From the NCBI RefSeq assembly GCF_030028105.1, contig NC_092379.1:9136272-9200271 (forward strand): a stretch of 64,000 bases of DNA. The letters are read 5' to 3'. Every line of letters begins with the position of its first letter. The stretch's first letter is position 1. The notes under the pieces are model-generated. The model worked only from the letters and a program-made list of their open reading frames with translations, ran no database searches and had not been told where the DNA came from. Shown here piece by piece: positions 35,416 through 49,199 of the stretch. The stretch comes from Mobula birostris (taxonomy: Eukaryota). The position numbers and the translations under genes are program-made.

Positions 35416-36771
35416 TATATCATTTATATCAAATCTATATTAAGGTGTTTAAAACACGATGTGAACTGTTAAACAAGGACGAAAATATTGAAATAGCTGA
35501 CAGAGTATCCAGGATATCCATAACTGTTGGATGACGTTTTGACCATGGAAATATTGTACATATTGATCTGATCTCTACACTACGACTGGGAACTGATTTC
35601 ACGGAAGAGTTTGGCGAGCCGGTTCACCAAGATGTTGCCTGAGATATTGAGTATCAGTTAGGAGGAGACTCTGTATAAGAAGAGCTTGTATTCCTTCAGC
35701 AAAGTGACCGGAAGAGATCCTGATTGATGTGTAAGCAGTATAGATAGAAGGAAATGTTTTCTCGTAGCAGAGGTATGGTTCAGGATAAAAGCTTTACAAT
35801 GGATATATGGAAAAACTTTTTCAGTTTCCGGAACCCGGAACAGGCTGGCGTGAGAGGTTGATGGTGCCAGGAACTCTCGCAGTATCTAAGAAATATGTAG
35901 TTTGGCACTTGAATCACCAAGAAATGCAAGTCCTCAACCTGTGCTGGTTATTGGACATAGCGTATACATGCGCCTCTTGGGCAGCACAGACGTTGTGGTA
36001 TAAAGGGCCAGTTTCCATCCTATACTAGGCGTAGTCATTAAGTAATATATCTGATGAGTAATTTGCCTGTACTGGATGAACTATTGGAGTTAGTTTTTTA
36101 TTGTAGTACGTATTTGACATTCAGCAGGAAGAGTTGTAGGCTTGGCATTCTGTCAAATTATTCCATATATCGAGGTGATATGAAGAAAACCGGATGCATA
36201 ATACAGTGTTATAGATAATTGAAAATGCAGTGCAAGTAGGCTAATAAAGTACAATGGCCAAGATGAAAGAGAATGGGAGCTCAAGATGTCTTCTATCGGC
36301 ATACGAGAGGTCCCCTGATGAGTTGGAAAATGAGTCATAGAAGCTGTAATTGAGCTTGCTGACATGTGTTCTCGAGCTTCTTTGTCATCTGGCAAACAAG
36401 AGGGAAGGGGCGATGGAATTACCAGGGCGGGAGAGGTATTTGGTTATGTTGCTTCTTTCCCAGAGCATCGGGCAGGCCGACAGTGTTAATGCAGGGGAGG
36501 CTGGTTTGTGTGATGAACTGGGTCTTGGTTATAACCCTCTGCATTTCCTGTCGATATTGTGAAACAATGAATAAATAATGGTTAATTTAAAGCATATTCT
36601 GCCGCTATTCAGGTCACTCGTCCGAGTGCTACTGGTACCTTGTAACCCAGTACTACCTGTCATATGGTCGGGTGGTCGGCGAATAAACTGGCTCCTCCAC
36701 CAGGCTTGCCTAGTGAGGAGGGTGGCTAAACCCCACTAACTGACTGAAAGGAACCATCATCATCCTATGGA

Positions 36772-36776
<5 letters not shown>

Positions 36777-36812
<36 letters not shown>
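36777..36812. repeat. (GA)n microsatellite
   Basis: Uninterrupted GA dinucleotide run. Confidence 0.95.
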
Positions 36813-36815
<3 letters not shown>

Positions 36816-36829
36816 GATTATCGTTATTT

Positions 36830-37290
36830 ATGGAACACAAAAAAAAATGCCGGAGGAATTCATCTGGTCCGACAGCATCTATGGAGAGGTATAGGCTGTG
36901 GACGTTTCGGGCCAAAGCTCTTCATTGGGATTGGAAAGGAAGGGGGAAGATGCCATAGTAAAGAGGGAGGGGAGTGTAAGGTGTACAAGCTAGAAGGTGA
37001 TAGGTGAAGCTAGATGGGTGAAGGAACGGAGCTGGAGATGAAGAGTAAGAAGCTAGGAGGACATAGGCGGAAAAGATAAAGGGCTGCAGAAGGAATCTGC
37101 TACAAGAAGAGGCTATGGGAGAAAGGGAAGTCAGAGGAAAACAAGAAAGTGATAGGTTTCTTAGAAGAAGAATGAAAAGGGTGACAGAGTGGTAAAAGGA
37201 AGCAGCGGCTAACCGGATGTGGAAATATTACCGGAAATAGGTGAAATCGATGTTTATGGCATCAGGTTGGAGGCTTCCTAGACGGAGTGT
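36830..37290 (-). mobile_element. Degenerate Penelope-like terminal repeat and GIY-YIG end
   Basis: Homologous to 6160-6540 and 58230-58660; contains ATGTTTATGGCATCAGGTTGGAGGCT (antisense of the LQP.GMN-like end). Confidence 0.6.
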
Positions 37291-37639
37291 CTTAGTCTGT
37301 CACGTGTCACCACACTTCCGGCACCAAAAACGCATGCCCACAACTCACTAACCCTGCACTAACTGTACGTCTTTGGAAAGTGAGAGGAAACCTGCGCACC
37401 CGGTGGAAACCCACACAGTCATGGGAAAGTCGTAGAAACTCCTTAAAGAAATCCGACCAGTAATTCCTGGAGGAGTAAAGTAATTGCGCTGACTATTACT
37501 TTACCATGCCCTACCATAGCAGTGCCTTGCTTTTAGTACCATGGGTCGCGGCTGACAGATTCATGACAGCTTCGTCCCACGCATAATGCTTGTTTTCATT
37601 CAGAGGAGTTGCATCAGCGCTCTCATGCCAAGCCATCTC

Positions 37640-38400
37640 ATGGGCAAAGTGTCAACCCCAGCCTAAACTTGAATCTACGAAGAATGCTCGACAGTTGTGG
37701 CAAGGGTTGAATGCTATACCTCTTATCAAGTAAAATCAAGGGATATAGCGGCAATAGGGCTTCGCTTTCAGATGTCCTCAATGGTTTCTCTGCTCGATTT
37801 GACTGTCAAATTCGGGAGGAACCATTGCGAGCTCTCCCGGCCCCCGATGACTGTGTGATTTCAATCTCTGAGGCTGACGTGCGAACAGCCTTCAGGGGGG
37901 TGAACCCACGAAAACCAATGTACCCGGCCCAGTTCTAAAGACCTGTGTTGTTCAATTAACTGCAGTGTTCACTGAAATCTTTCGTCGCACGCTTCCGCAG
38001 TATATTGTACCAACCTGCTCCAAACGATCTTCTCTTATACCGGTGTATAAGAAGAACGTGACAACCTGCCTCAGTGACTATCGTCCACAGTGATGAAGTG
38101 TTGTGAGAGATTGTTGATGAAACATATCAACTTTTGCGTGAGAAGCGACTTGGATCCACAGCAATTTGCCCACCAACGCAACGGGTCTACAGGAAGTGCC
38201 ATTTCTTTGGATCTTTACTGAACGCTGGAGAACTGGACAGCAGCGATGTACACATCAGATTCATGTTTATCGACTACAGATTGACATTGAGTGCTATAAT
38301 CCCCTCAAAACTAATCAATAATCTTCAAGACCTTGGCCTTGAAATTAGATTAATACAATTAGATCTTCGAATCCCTCCCTTGCAGATCCCAATCAGTTCG
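37640..38400 (+). mobile_element. Degenerate Rex1/Babar LINE fragment
   Basis: LNGFSARFD..ISEADVRTAFRGVNPRK and HIRFMFIDY..IIPSKLI motifs. Confidence 0.7.
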
Positions 38401-39579
38401 CATTGGCAACAACAACTCCACGCACTCTCCAGATGTTGCTCCGTGCTTCTCACGGCTGTCTCCATCAAATCAGGATTGTTCACGGCATCCTACTTCACAA
38501 ATACGATATCGTTTCGGAGCGGCCGCGCGAGCTGCGTCGCGCCGCCACCTTCTCCTCCCCTCTATTTCAACGACAGCTGACGTATTATGTTGTCTGTGAA
38601 TGGCACCCCGTAAGTTCAGATTTCACTCACCTGTGAGGACAAGAATTGGATGATTTAGCAGATGAATCCGTGTTTGAGGAACTGCAGGATAGGGCATAGC
38701 TTCAACTTTCTAGTTCCAAGCGATCTCTTCTGGGAATCCATGATCTGTACAAAAGAGGGATGGGATCATCTGAACCCGATGGGAACAAATCTCCTTGCTG
38801 GCGTATTTGCTAGAGCTGTTGGGAATAGAGTAAATTAACTTGACAGCGAGTTGGGAGCCCGAATAATGGGGCTGGGAATGACACAGTTTGTATACACTTA
38901 TATGCTTGTATGGTGAGACTGTGAGGAAGAACATTCAGGTTATAGGGAAAATTTCAGTGAATGGGATGAATTGAAGTCTACCATGGAAGCAAACTCAAAA
39001 AGAGTGATGAACACTGGACTGATAGTGTTTTAATTAAATGAACGTAGTATATGGAATAAGGTCGATAATCTCGTAGTACAATTCGAGATTGGCAGGCACG
39101 GCGTTGTGCATGTTATTGAGTCGTGGCTGAAGGGAGATCATAGCTGTGAGCTTTATATCCAAGGATACAGCTTGTATGAAAAGGACAGACAGGAAAGCAG
39201 AAGGAGTGGGGCGGCACAGTTGGTAAAGAGAAATATGAAATCAAATCCGCAGAAAGGGGTAGCATAGATTTAGAAGATGTAGAATCCATGTGGGTTGAGT
39301 TAAGAAACTGCAAGGGTAAAATGACACTACTGGTAGTCCTCCAAATACTAGCTAGGATGTGAGATAGAACTCTGGAATTCGGAGTTCAATTCCGATGGCA
39401 TCTCTGTGGATTCTTACCAGCATACGTCCTCCAAGTTGGTTTTGCTCTGGTGCTTCAATCTCCCCCGACAGTTCTGTAGGTTAGTTGGTCATTTTAAATA
39501 CTCCTGTGATTAGGTTAGGCTTATTTCCAGTTTGTCTTGGGTTGTGGGGTGATGTGGCGCGAAGGACCAGAAGGATATC

Positions 39580-40010
39580 ACTATCTCCTTAGTCTTTTTC
39601 ACATTAAGCTGCAGATATTTCTGCTCACACCATGTGACAAAGTTTCCTATTGTAGCCCTGTACTCAGCTTCATCTCCCTTGCTGATACATCCAACTATGG
39701 CAGAGTCATCAGAAAACTTCTGAAGATGCAAGACTCTGTACAGTAGTTGAAGTCCGAGGTGCAATGGTGAAGAGAAAGGGAGACACGATAGTCCCCTGTG
39801 GAGCCCCAGTGCTGCTGATCACTCTGTGGGACACACAGTGTTGCAAGCACATGTACCGTGGTCTGCCAGTCAGGTAATCAATAATCCATGCCAGCATGAA
39901 AGCATCCACCTGCATCGCTGTCAGCTTTTCCCCCAGCAGAGCAGGGCGGATGGTGTCGAACGCACTGGAGAATTCAAAAAACATGACCCTCACAGTGCTC
40001 GCTGGCTTGT
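39580..40010 (-). mobile_element. Rex1/Babar LINE RT fragment (same subfamily as 11861-13007)
   Basis: RVMFFEFSSAFDTIRP..STGAPQGTIVSPFLF..LQKFSDDS. Confidence 0.85.
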
Positions 40011-40439
40011 CTAATCATCCTATTCCTATCTCGTGGCACCGCAATCAGCTTAGAGATTACTACCTTACTGATTATGAAGTGTTTGAATTATTCAGCGACT
40101 TCCACTGTTTTCTCTTATTCAGTGCGGTTATAGCTTTCTTCATCTGATGCTTGGACCTTATTCTCTAATATTCAGTTTGCCAAAATTGAAAGTTTTAATA
40201 TTAAATTTTAGCTTTTTCTCCTTTTCTTTTAATATTAACTACTTATCATGGTTAGCACCTTTTTACCTACTTTGTCCAATTCAGTATCATTCCAGAAACG
40301 CACTCCAATGTGGCTGTTAATTTCATCATGCCAAGAATGTTTTGTTCCAGCTCGCTATGCTCAATGGGCTCAGGTGAGCTTCATCAGTTGCATTCACCCT
40401 TTAGGGAGTTCATGTCTTTTCATCAAATATTACAGCGAG

Positions 40440-40633
40440 GTTACTGATTATGCAGAAGTATTCATTAAAAGAATTAAATGCACCAGCTGCTTTTAGCTGC
40501 TTTTTTGTAAATAACGTCATTAACTTAAATAAATAATGACGCCCACATAATATTTTTCCAGGTGACTAACGTTGGGTATAATTATAATAAAGTTTGAATG
40601 CAGTGCATTGGACACCAATAGCTTTCAACAACC
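40440..40633 (+). promoter_or_regulatory. Conserved promoter cassette of GPCR gene C
   Basis: CAGCTG at ~40484, TCATTA 40517-40522, TAATGA 40534-40539, TTCCAGGTGA 40556-40565 (78 nt before the ATG) and TATA-like TATAATTATAA. Confidence 0.55.
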
Positions 40634-40703
40634 ATGCACTCACCGCCAAAAATATTGGGCTTGGTCGTTTACTATACCATCATCGCAGTTATCGGCATTC
40701 CTG
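40634..40703 (+). CDS. GPR139/GPR142-like GPCR gene C, exon 1 (MHSPPKILGLVVYYTIIAVIGIP+G)
   Basis: ACCATG start, 70 nt, donor G|GTAAAG. Confidence 0.9.
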
Positions 40704-41388
40704 GTAAAGTATTACTGTTTAATGTCAATATGCAAAATATGCAAAATTGTATAACTGCTGTGGTTGCTGGTATTGTTACTTTCTAAGTGTTGAAGTCATT
40801 TTATCCCATATGTTTCTCCCATTCTTATTGGTACATTATGATCTTTTGTTTCATTGGCGCTACTAATGTAATTGGACACATTTTTCCTTTAAATTTTATT
40901 TTTATAGCACATTTTGTCACAAATACTCGCTAGATTACAGCATCACAGCGTAGTAAATCGCATGATATAATTCCAAAATTGAGTAAGTCTATTTCGACTG
41001 TTAAGTCAATATAAGTCACATTGAATACTGTGAAGGGCAAGATTTAACACAGAGTTCTGCTGCTTTAATTATTTGTCACATACTTAGAATCATTCACTCA
41101 CCAAACGAAACACAAAAACATGGGGGGAAAAAAAACACCAGATCAATTGTATTTGCGCCACCTATACGCCGAGACACACTAGCACACATGCGCGCGTACA
41201 CAGATCATATAAGCAGATGCACCGCATGCAACACCAAGACCCACACACAACCACTATCTTCCTGATTTGCAGCTTGCGCCACACAGACATACCAAACATA
41301 AACGTAACCGTAACACACATGCGCCGCTCATAAACATGCACAATTATCACTCTGTACCTCAGTCCACACACACGCTCACAGCATTATC

Positions 41389-41391
<3 letters not shown>

Positions 41392-41422
<31 letters not shown>
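41392..41422. repeat. (CA)n microsatellite near the 3' end of the gene C intron
   Basis: CA run ~45 nt upstream of the acceptor. Confidence 0.9.
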
Positions 41423-41423
<1 letters not shown>

Positions 41424-41467
41424 TGTCGTTAAAATTGACGCACTTCCTTGGTCTTTCTCTATTTCAG

Positions 41468-42369
41468 CTAACTTGGCAGTGATTGCCGTGATGCTCCGCA
41501 GACGATGCGGTCTTTCCAGATGTATCACTGTCTACCTGCTGGCCATGGCGGTGACGGATCTTCTGGTTCTTATTACGGGCGTGGTATTAAACCGGATCGT
41601 GCCCATGCTTTTACCCTTCAACATTTTGACCATCGTTCCGGGCTGCAATATGAATTTAGTGCTAGCATTCATCATAAGGGACTGCTCCGTTTGGGTGACT
41701 GTGATGTTCACATTTGATCGGTATGTTGCTATTTGCTGCCAGAAATTAAAGATGAAGTATTGCACGGAGCGAACAGCCATTGTGGTGATCGGAACGGTTA
41801 GTGCTATCAGCTGTTTCAAAAATGTAGTTAATGTTTTTATATATAAAGTTCCAACTAATAATGAGCCCACACCATGCGTGCATAAAGCAGAGTATTATAC
41901 CTCACTTGCCTGGATAGCATTTGACATGATGGAGAGCATCTTAACCCCATGTTTGCCATTCTTTCTAATTTGCTTGTTCAATTTCCTGACCGTCAGACAT
42001 ATTTTGAGGGCCATTAGAATCCGCAGGAGACTCCATAACGGCGGGAACACTGAGAATGAGAATGACCCGGAGGTGAGCAATCGTAGGAAGTCTATCGTCC
42101 TGCTGCTAAGTATCTCGGGCATCTTTATCCTCTTGTGGCTGATACCGCTGGTAACCTTCCTCTACATTCGCATTGCCGATGTCGCTTACTTTACAGGCTC
42201 CAATTTCAGTGAATCAGTTCTTCCTTTGGAAGAAAGCGGTTTCGTGCTTCAGTTCTTATGTCCCTGCCAGAATCCATTTATTTATGCTGGGACACAGAGT
42301 AAGATCAGAGACGAGATAAAGCAGGGGTTGAAATATCCACTTACTCTCATTAATAAATTACGGCAATAA
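41468..42369 (+). CDS. GPR139/GPR142-like GPCR gene C, exon 2 (323-aa spliced product)
   Basis: TTTCAG|CT AAC acceptor; intact DCSVWVTVMFTFDRYVAIC, PCLP, SISGIFILLW, NPFIY and SKIRDEIK; stop at 42369. Confidence 0.92.
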
Positions 42370-44565
42370 TCAATACTTACTCTTTGTCAAATTGTTGTTT
42401 ATTTTGCAAATCATGTGCAGCGTCTGATTTACTATCCCATGTACTCAGGTCTGCAATATACTAATGCTGTTCTGAAGTACCGATGGAGGCCCACGGCGAA
42501 AGCTGTTCATGCCGACCTACTTGCATTACTCAGTTGGTCCCATTTATTGGCATTTGCCCCATTTCAGAAAGGTTGGAAGATTCACCATTGGAAAGATTCA
42601 GCTGGGCAAGGTTGGTCTGAAAATAAAACGCTGCGAGGATGTTGCTAAGAAGGGAACGTGAATTATTGGAACCTGAAATCGTTTTGACGCGTTATCGGGA
42701 AATGATGTATATAACAATCTGTTCACTTGTTCCGCCAATCTTTCCGATCCACGTACCCATCTAATGTATGTCAAACTTTGTAATTGTTCTCATCTCTGCC
42801 AGTTCATCCGGCAGGTCGTTCCATACACTCACCAGCCGTTGCCGTCACTATTGATCGATGTTGAAGCAGCACTACCTGCTGTCCCGCTGTTCCACCCTCT
42901 TGTTACGTTAGGTAAAGTAGTAGTAGGGAGAGACGTTAGCCTAGTGGAATTACAGAGCTCTGGCTACAAGGCAGATAATTTGAGGCACGGGAATATTTAT
43001 TAATGTTCCAAAAAACTTGGCAAATTCCGAATCGGAAAGAACATCATTGCCAGGTCGGTCTGATCACACAGCGGCATGAGGGCACTGGTAAGAACGGAAC
43101 ATGAATTATTAGAACGTGGAATCGTTTTATGGGTACCCGGAAAAGGACAGAAACCCTACTGTTGGTTCACCTACTCAATACCAATAAAATATGCAGTACT
43201 CTACAAAAGTGATAGACGCGTTTATGCTGAATGCAACTCCCACTGTATTGACGATCAACCTTTTTTTTTTAAACACGAAATGAACTTTCTTCATTAATTG
43301 AAATACTCACTGAATTTTCAGAATGCTGTGAAGGAAATTTATCAAAACGCTTTGTGAACACAGCAACCCGGACCAAGATAATATCGGCACTAAACATAAC
43401 CGTTCTCTTTGGATTTACTTGCGGTGTGGGGTATTGAGTAAAGGGGAGAGATAGGTGCAACGCATGATAGCATTTCAGTATCAGATGGAAAACAGTAAAA
43501 GGTGAATAATTGTTGAAAATATAAGTTCAGAACTGGACATTAGACTTTGCAAGTCTGAAGTCGAAGTGATCAGGATTTAAACAATTATTTATTCGAATAA
43601 TTGGGTAACAGTAAATAAGATTTTGACCTTGACCTGCAGCTGCAATGGGACCCGTTCTCGGGGCTCACCCACAGGCCGCTTTTCGATATCCCAAGGGCAC
43701 GTTTACCTTACGTCAATCAGGTTGGACTTATAACTCGTAACTGCTGCCACCCATGTTGGTTTTGCTGCTTTGCAGCAGCACCGGAGTGACCTCTCCGGGG
43801 CGCAGACCTGGGCGATGAATATGGAGATCCTGGGCTGCCCAGACATCAAGATCCCCCTCTCGGCCTCGCAGATGTGGTCCGAAGAAATGCGAAGCAGTAC
43901 ATTTGGCGTCAGCTCGGCTGCAGAAGCTGCCGGGAGGTGACGTGGTACGTCATCCAACCGCCTTAGGGCTCCACTCCAGATTTGTGGCGGGTTTACTCCT
44001 TAGCCTTCTCTTCTCCCGAAGATACCCACAAGGCAGTGGGATTTGTAACCCTGGATAGGGGTCCATACCAGGTACTGTCAGCCGGAGCCAGCTGAGCCCG
44101 GGACTCGTGTAAGGCACGGTCGTCACGCCCTGTAGTAGTGACATATGGAGCCACTGCCCATATAGAAATTTCTATATTCTATAGTCTATGTTCATCACGT
44201 GACAGGACCTAATGTAGTCTTGTAGTATTTCTTAAACGTAGAAATGTATCTCTAATATTGAATTGTCATCATCATCAGTACCTATCTCCTTATTTAGCTC
44301 AATTATGGATCATTTCTGACACTAAATCCAGAATTTCGTTTTTCAGTTTTAATACTAAAAATGGAAACGGTATTACAGAATTTGTACAATTTGTACAATT
44401 ATTCATCAGAACATTTATCCTGCTTTCAGCTGCGTGTTTCAATTTATTTAATTAAAATAAATAAACAACGATACCTTCAGTATGTTCTCTCTAGTGACTG
44501 ATATTCTGCATAAATATAACAGAAAATGAATGCAGTGCATTTGGCACTTATAGAGTTCAGTAGCA

Positions 44566-44635
44566 CTGCATGCGCCTCCAAAGATCTTGACGTTGTTTAT
44601 TTACTATTCTATCATTGCAGTCATCGGCATTATTG
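44566..44635 (+). pseudogene. GPR139-like GPCR gene D, exon 1 with ATG>CTG (LHAPPKILTLFIYYSIIAVIGII+G)
   Basis: Aligns with the other first exons and the donor G|GTAAAG is intact, but the start codon is CTG. Upstream cassette TCTCTAGTGA at 44488-44497. Confidence 0.85.
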
Positions 44636-47456
44636 GTAAAGTATTGGTATTTATTATCCATCTGCCGAAAGTTGTGAATGGTCGTGCCTCTGATGTATTT
44701 ACCGGTATTGTTGGTTTCTCTGTACTATAGATTTTTACCCATTTGACAGTCTCCAGGTCTCGTTACTACATTTTGATAGTTGTCGCCCTTTACTGCACCC
44801 TTTCAATTGCACATTTATCACTTTAAATTCTATTTATTTATAATGCATTTTATCACAGTTAGTTGTAGAGTTTTTATTTCTTTAAAGCTTCTAACCTTCA
44901 ATGGTTTTGATAATTATTATATCATATATCCTTAGTTTGAAGGTAAACACCCAAGTGAAATCGGAGCAACTTCAATTGTCATTTTATTATTTATGACGTG
45001 CGTTAGTCAAGATTTAGTATCAAATCCACGTTAGGAGTTTAAAATGTTATGGAGAGTATCCAGATTGTCAGTAAGTACACAATCGTAACTTGATGCGTTA
45101 ATTTTGTCCATACCTTTCTAATTATATCACTGTAAATGGGAGTGAATTGCATTGGCAAGAGTGCAAAAAGAATTCAAAAGGTTCTGTGCTAGTGAATTTC
45201 AGATATGAGGAAAACTAGATAAATGAGTTTGTATTGCATGAGCAGAAAGGGCGAAGGAGATTGTGATGGGGGTATAAGTTGGACAGACATTTGGAAAATA
45301 TTCCTCATGTGGCAGAATCACGTTATGGTGGATGGTTTAAGTTTAGTGTAAAGGAGAAGAGCTTTAGAATGGATCTGAGAAAGAGCACTTTCAGCTTGTG
45401 GTTGGTTGGAGGCCGGAACAGCATTACCCAGAGGGTAGTACTGGCAGGCACACCCACAGCATTCAATGCATATCGAGTTGGGTATTTGAATTGCTGCGAC
45501 GCAGAAATCTACAAAACATACTGATGATTGGTAATAGGGGCCCTGTTAATCGGCCTGAACGTGGTGGAATGAAGTATTAATTTCCAACGTGTACAACTCG
45601 GAATGAGTGAAGTGTTTTTTTTTCACTGTATTTCCTGATTTGGATGAAATTGTACAATTGGCTTATTTTTGTCACAAGTTCCAAGATACTTGTCTGTAAC
45701 GACTGTTTTAAATACACCCAACAACTTTGCCTTCACACTCCTCTGTGAAAAGAGTCTCCACAGATTCCTCCTCGTCTGTTTTAAATGTACTCCAACTTAT
45801 TTGTTGGCTGCAGTTCCGATACCGGGATTAATTATCGTCAACATATCTACTCAATCCAGACTTCTCACTATCTGATAGGTTTCAATGTGACTACGCCAAC
45901 CCACCAATCATTTTTAACTCCTTGGAGCACAGGCTCAGATACAGCAAACATTCTTCACAGGTTAAACTTTTCACTCCTGGAATAAAGGATTCTCTGCATC
46001 ATATGCCGTGCCAGTTTATTATATCATTAATACGGGGCCAGAAATTGCTCACAATATGCAGAATATGATTTCCCCAAAACGTTATAAAGCTTCAGTAGAA
46101 TAGCTTTACTTTTCTATCCCAGTTCTTTCAAAATGAATGCTTACATTGCATTTACATTCTTTTCTGCCCACGCAACCTAACAGATAAACTTGAGAGAACC
46201 TTGCGCTAAAAATCCCAACTCATTTTGCAAAACGGAGTTCAGATCTTCTTTTTCGCTATATAGGAAACATTCTACAGCGTTATTCTTCCTACCGAATTGC
46301 ACAACTCCACATTTCACTGCATTGTACTCCATCTGCCTATTCTTTGTCCACTCCCCTAGCTCCTAACTCTCTGCAGGCTCCCTGTAACTGGAACACAAGC
46401 TGTTCCTCCACCATTCTTGTTATCTTCAAACATGATCACCATAAGAACATCCATTTCGGTCTCTAATTACATGCAGCCAATCTGGAAGGCACACCACACT
46501 GACTTTTCCTATTCAGCCAATGCAGCACCCGTGCAAGTACTACTTCTAACATGATGGTCTCAAATTTGGTTTTTTAGCCTTTAATGCACCATTGTCAAAG
46601 GTCTTTTGAGAATCCAAGAAAGAGAGATCTACCGAATCTCTTTTATCTAACCTGCTTTTTACGTCATTAAGGATTTCTAAATGATGGTTAAGAAAACTAC
46701 ACTGAAAAAAGTATAGTTAAAGAAACTATACTGTCTATTGCATTTTATTATGTAGTTCCAAGTACTCTAAACTTCCATCCTCAGTAACTGACTCATCTAG
46801 GTACGGAATTGTTAAAGGATGCAAGGGCTTATAGTGTGGAGCTTGTGGTTTTCTTTTCCAGTCATCCTTGGCCACAGGGGAGGGTGCTGGGATGATATCA
46901 GAAGAAGAAGAATAGATTCCAGTGTTTAAATAAGGAGGGAACGGCGCACCATGTAATTCCAGAGCAGACAGACGGCATTCACTGATGTGACGATTGTATT
47001 TCAGCTTCTTCTCCAACGATCTGGGGAAATAAAAAAAAAATCTCAGCGATTCAAAGTAATAACAAATGAACAAAGTTGTTAAATCAATGAAAAAAAAACA
47101 ATTACAGAAGGTATTATTGTTCCTCATTTATTTCCACAGAAAGGTACTCCCCAGTAAGATTCAGAGTGAAGAGTGTTGCAACATCACAATGCAGTCAATC
47201 ACATGATCCTGAAGTACCGTACAGTTTGTCAATTTACGGTGAAGTGTCAAAGCATAAAGGGTCGCACTGAATAACGGCAACTACCAGGTCTGTTTGTGAT
47301 TTCCATTATTTTACGTTTTTGTCGAATGCACATACATATACGCAGAAAAGAGAAGCACACCGCGGATACTAAATATGCACGCACAATTGTCACACCACGC
47401 ACACACACACACACAAATATACACACACTCACTGCTTCTGTCTTCCTCGATTACAG

Positions 47457-48344
47457 CTAATTTGACCGTTATTGTAATACTGTTGTGCAGACGATGCGGT
47501 CTCTCCAGATGTATCACTGCCTACTTACTGGCTATGGCGGTGACGGATCTCCTGGTCATTATCACCAATGTGATATTAAACCGAATAGCTCCGATGGATT
47601 TCCCGTCGGGTGCCTTGACCACCATTCCGGCCTGTAATGTGAACTTCATGCTAGGTTACGCGGCAAAAGACTGCTCCGCCTTGGTGAAGGTGATGTTCAC
47701 CTTTGATCGCTTTGTGGCTATGTGCTGCCAAACATTGAAAACAAAATATTGTACGGAGCGAACGGCGTCTATTGTGATCGGAACGGTCTGTACAGTAGAT
47801 AGTCTGAAAAATATATTTATGGCTTTTATATATGAATCTGCACATAAAACAGACCCCGGACCATGCATAATTATGTCAACATATTATACCTCGCCTGGCT
47901 GGATGGCAAACATTTCAAATCCCTGCCTGCCATTCGCTTTAATTTTGCTGTTTAATTTTTTAACTGTGAGACCCGTTGTAGTGACCATTAGAATTCGCAG
48001 GGGACTCCAGCGCGGCGGGAACAGTGAAAGGCAGAACGACCCGGAGACGGACAGTCGCATGAAGTCTATTGCCCTGCTCCTAAGTATATCAGGTATTCTC
48101 ATCTTTTTGTGGATGCTTGAACTGATAACCTTCCTCTACATTCGTATTGCTGACTCCGCTTACTTCCCAGGTTCTAATATCAGAGACTTGATTTTCCCTC
48201 CTGGAAGAAAGCGGATACGCGCTTCAATTCCCATGTTCCTGTGTGAACCAGTTTATTTATGGAGGGACCCAGAGTAAGATCAGATATGAGATAAAGCTGG
48301 GGCTGAAATATCCACTGACTCTCATTAATAAAATAATAAAATAA
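47457..48344 (+). pseudogene. GPR139-like GPCR gene D, exon 2 (disabled)
   Basis: TTACAG|CT AAT acceptor. Lesions: 5-codon deletion in TM5 (WMA-----NISNP), extra C at ~48200 shifting the frame before TM7, NPxxY>NQFIY and SVW>SAL. Ancestral stop at 48342-48344. Confidence 0.88.
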
Positions 48345-49199
48345 ATATATTTATTCTTTTTAAGCAATTAATGTTGCAAATCTTCCTCATCTTCCTTCCT
48401 GTCTTCCTGCTTGCTCATTATAAAGTTGAAATCAAAGCTAAGGTCGTGATCGTTGACGAAAGTACAGGTACATGCAGCAGCATTGCAGGCGTAAAACATA
48501 GACTCAGTAACTTGTGTTTTTGATTGTCACATGTTTGAACGTACAGTCCAAGGTTTTTCTTTGCATGTCATCACAAGATTACGTTAATTCAATAATGCTT
48601 TGAAGTTATACAAGTTAACACGATGGTAGAATACAGAATAAAGTGCAGTGTAGGTCAACAAATAAAATGCGTCGCTCATTGGAGGTAGAGCTTGTCTTTA
48701 TTGTATAAGGGCTCTGTTCAAGAATGTGATAACATTGAGACTGAAGCAATCCCTGAGCATTGTGGTATGTACTTCTTCTGGCTCATAGAAGGAGAAAGGA
48801 GAGACAAAGTCTCGGTCTGTGGCGTCTCTGATTATGTTGTCTGCTTTTCAGAGACAGCGAGGTGTCGATAGATAGGAGTTCGACTGCATGATGTAATGAG
48901 CAGTGTCTACAATTCTCTGCGGGTTTTTTTTTTTGATTCGAGATCGGAGCATTGCTAGCAGTTCATGAGCACCAAAGGTGTCACGCCCAATTTCATTCGC
49001 TTGGTGAGAAAATTAACATGAGACTTTCATGTTTGTAACGTCCGTATGGATACTTCCTCCGAGGAACTAGAAGCTTTCATCCTTTCCCATTTCAGCATTG
49101 TTAATGTAAACAGGAGTAATGCACCAACACTACCTCCATACCACTCCGGAAGTCAATAATCAGCTGTCTATTTTCCTGATAATACGCAACGTTCACAGC

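Noticed and set aside
47375-47456. His/Thr-rich N-terminal extension of gene D
   Set aside because: Translation of the intronic CA repeat upstream of the AG acceptor at 47455-47456.
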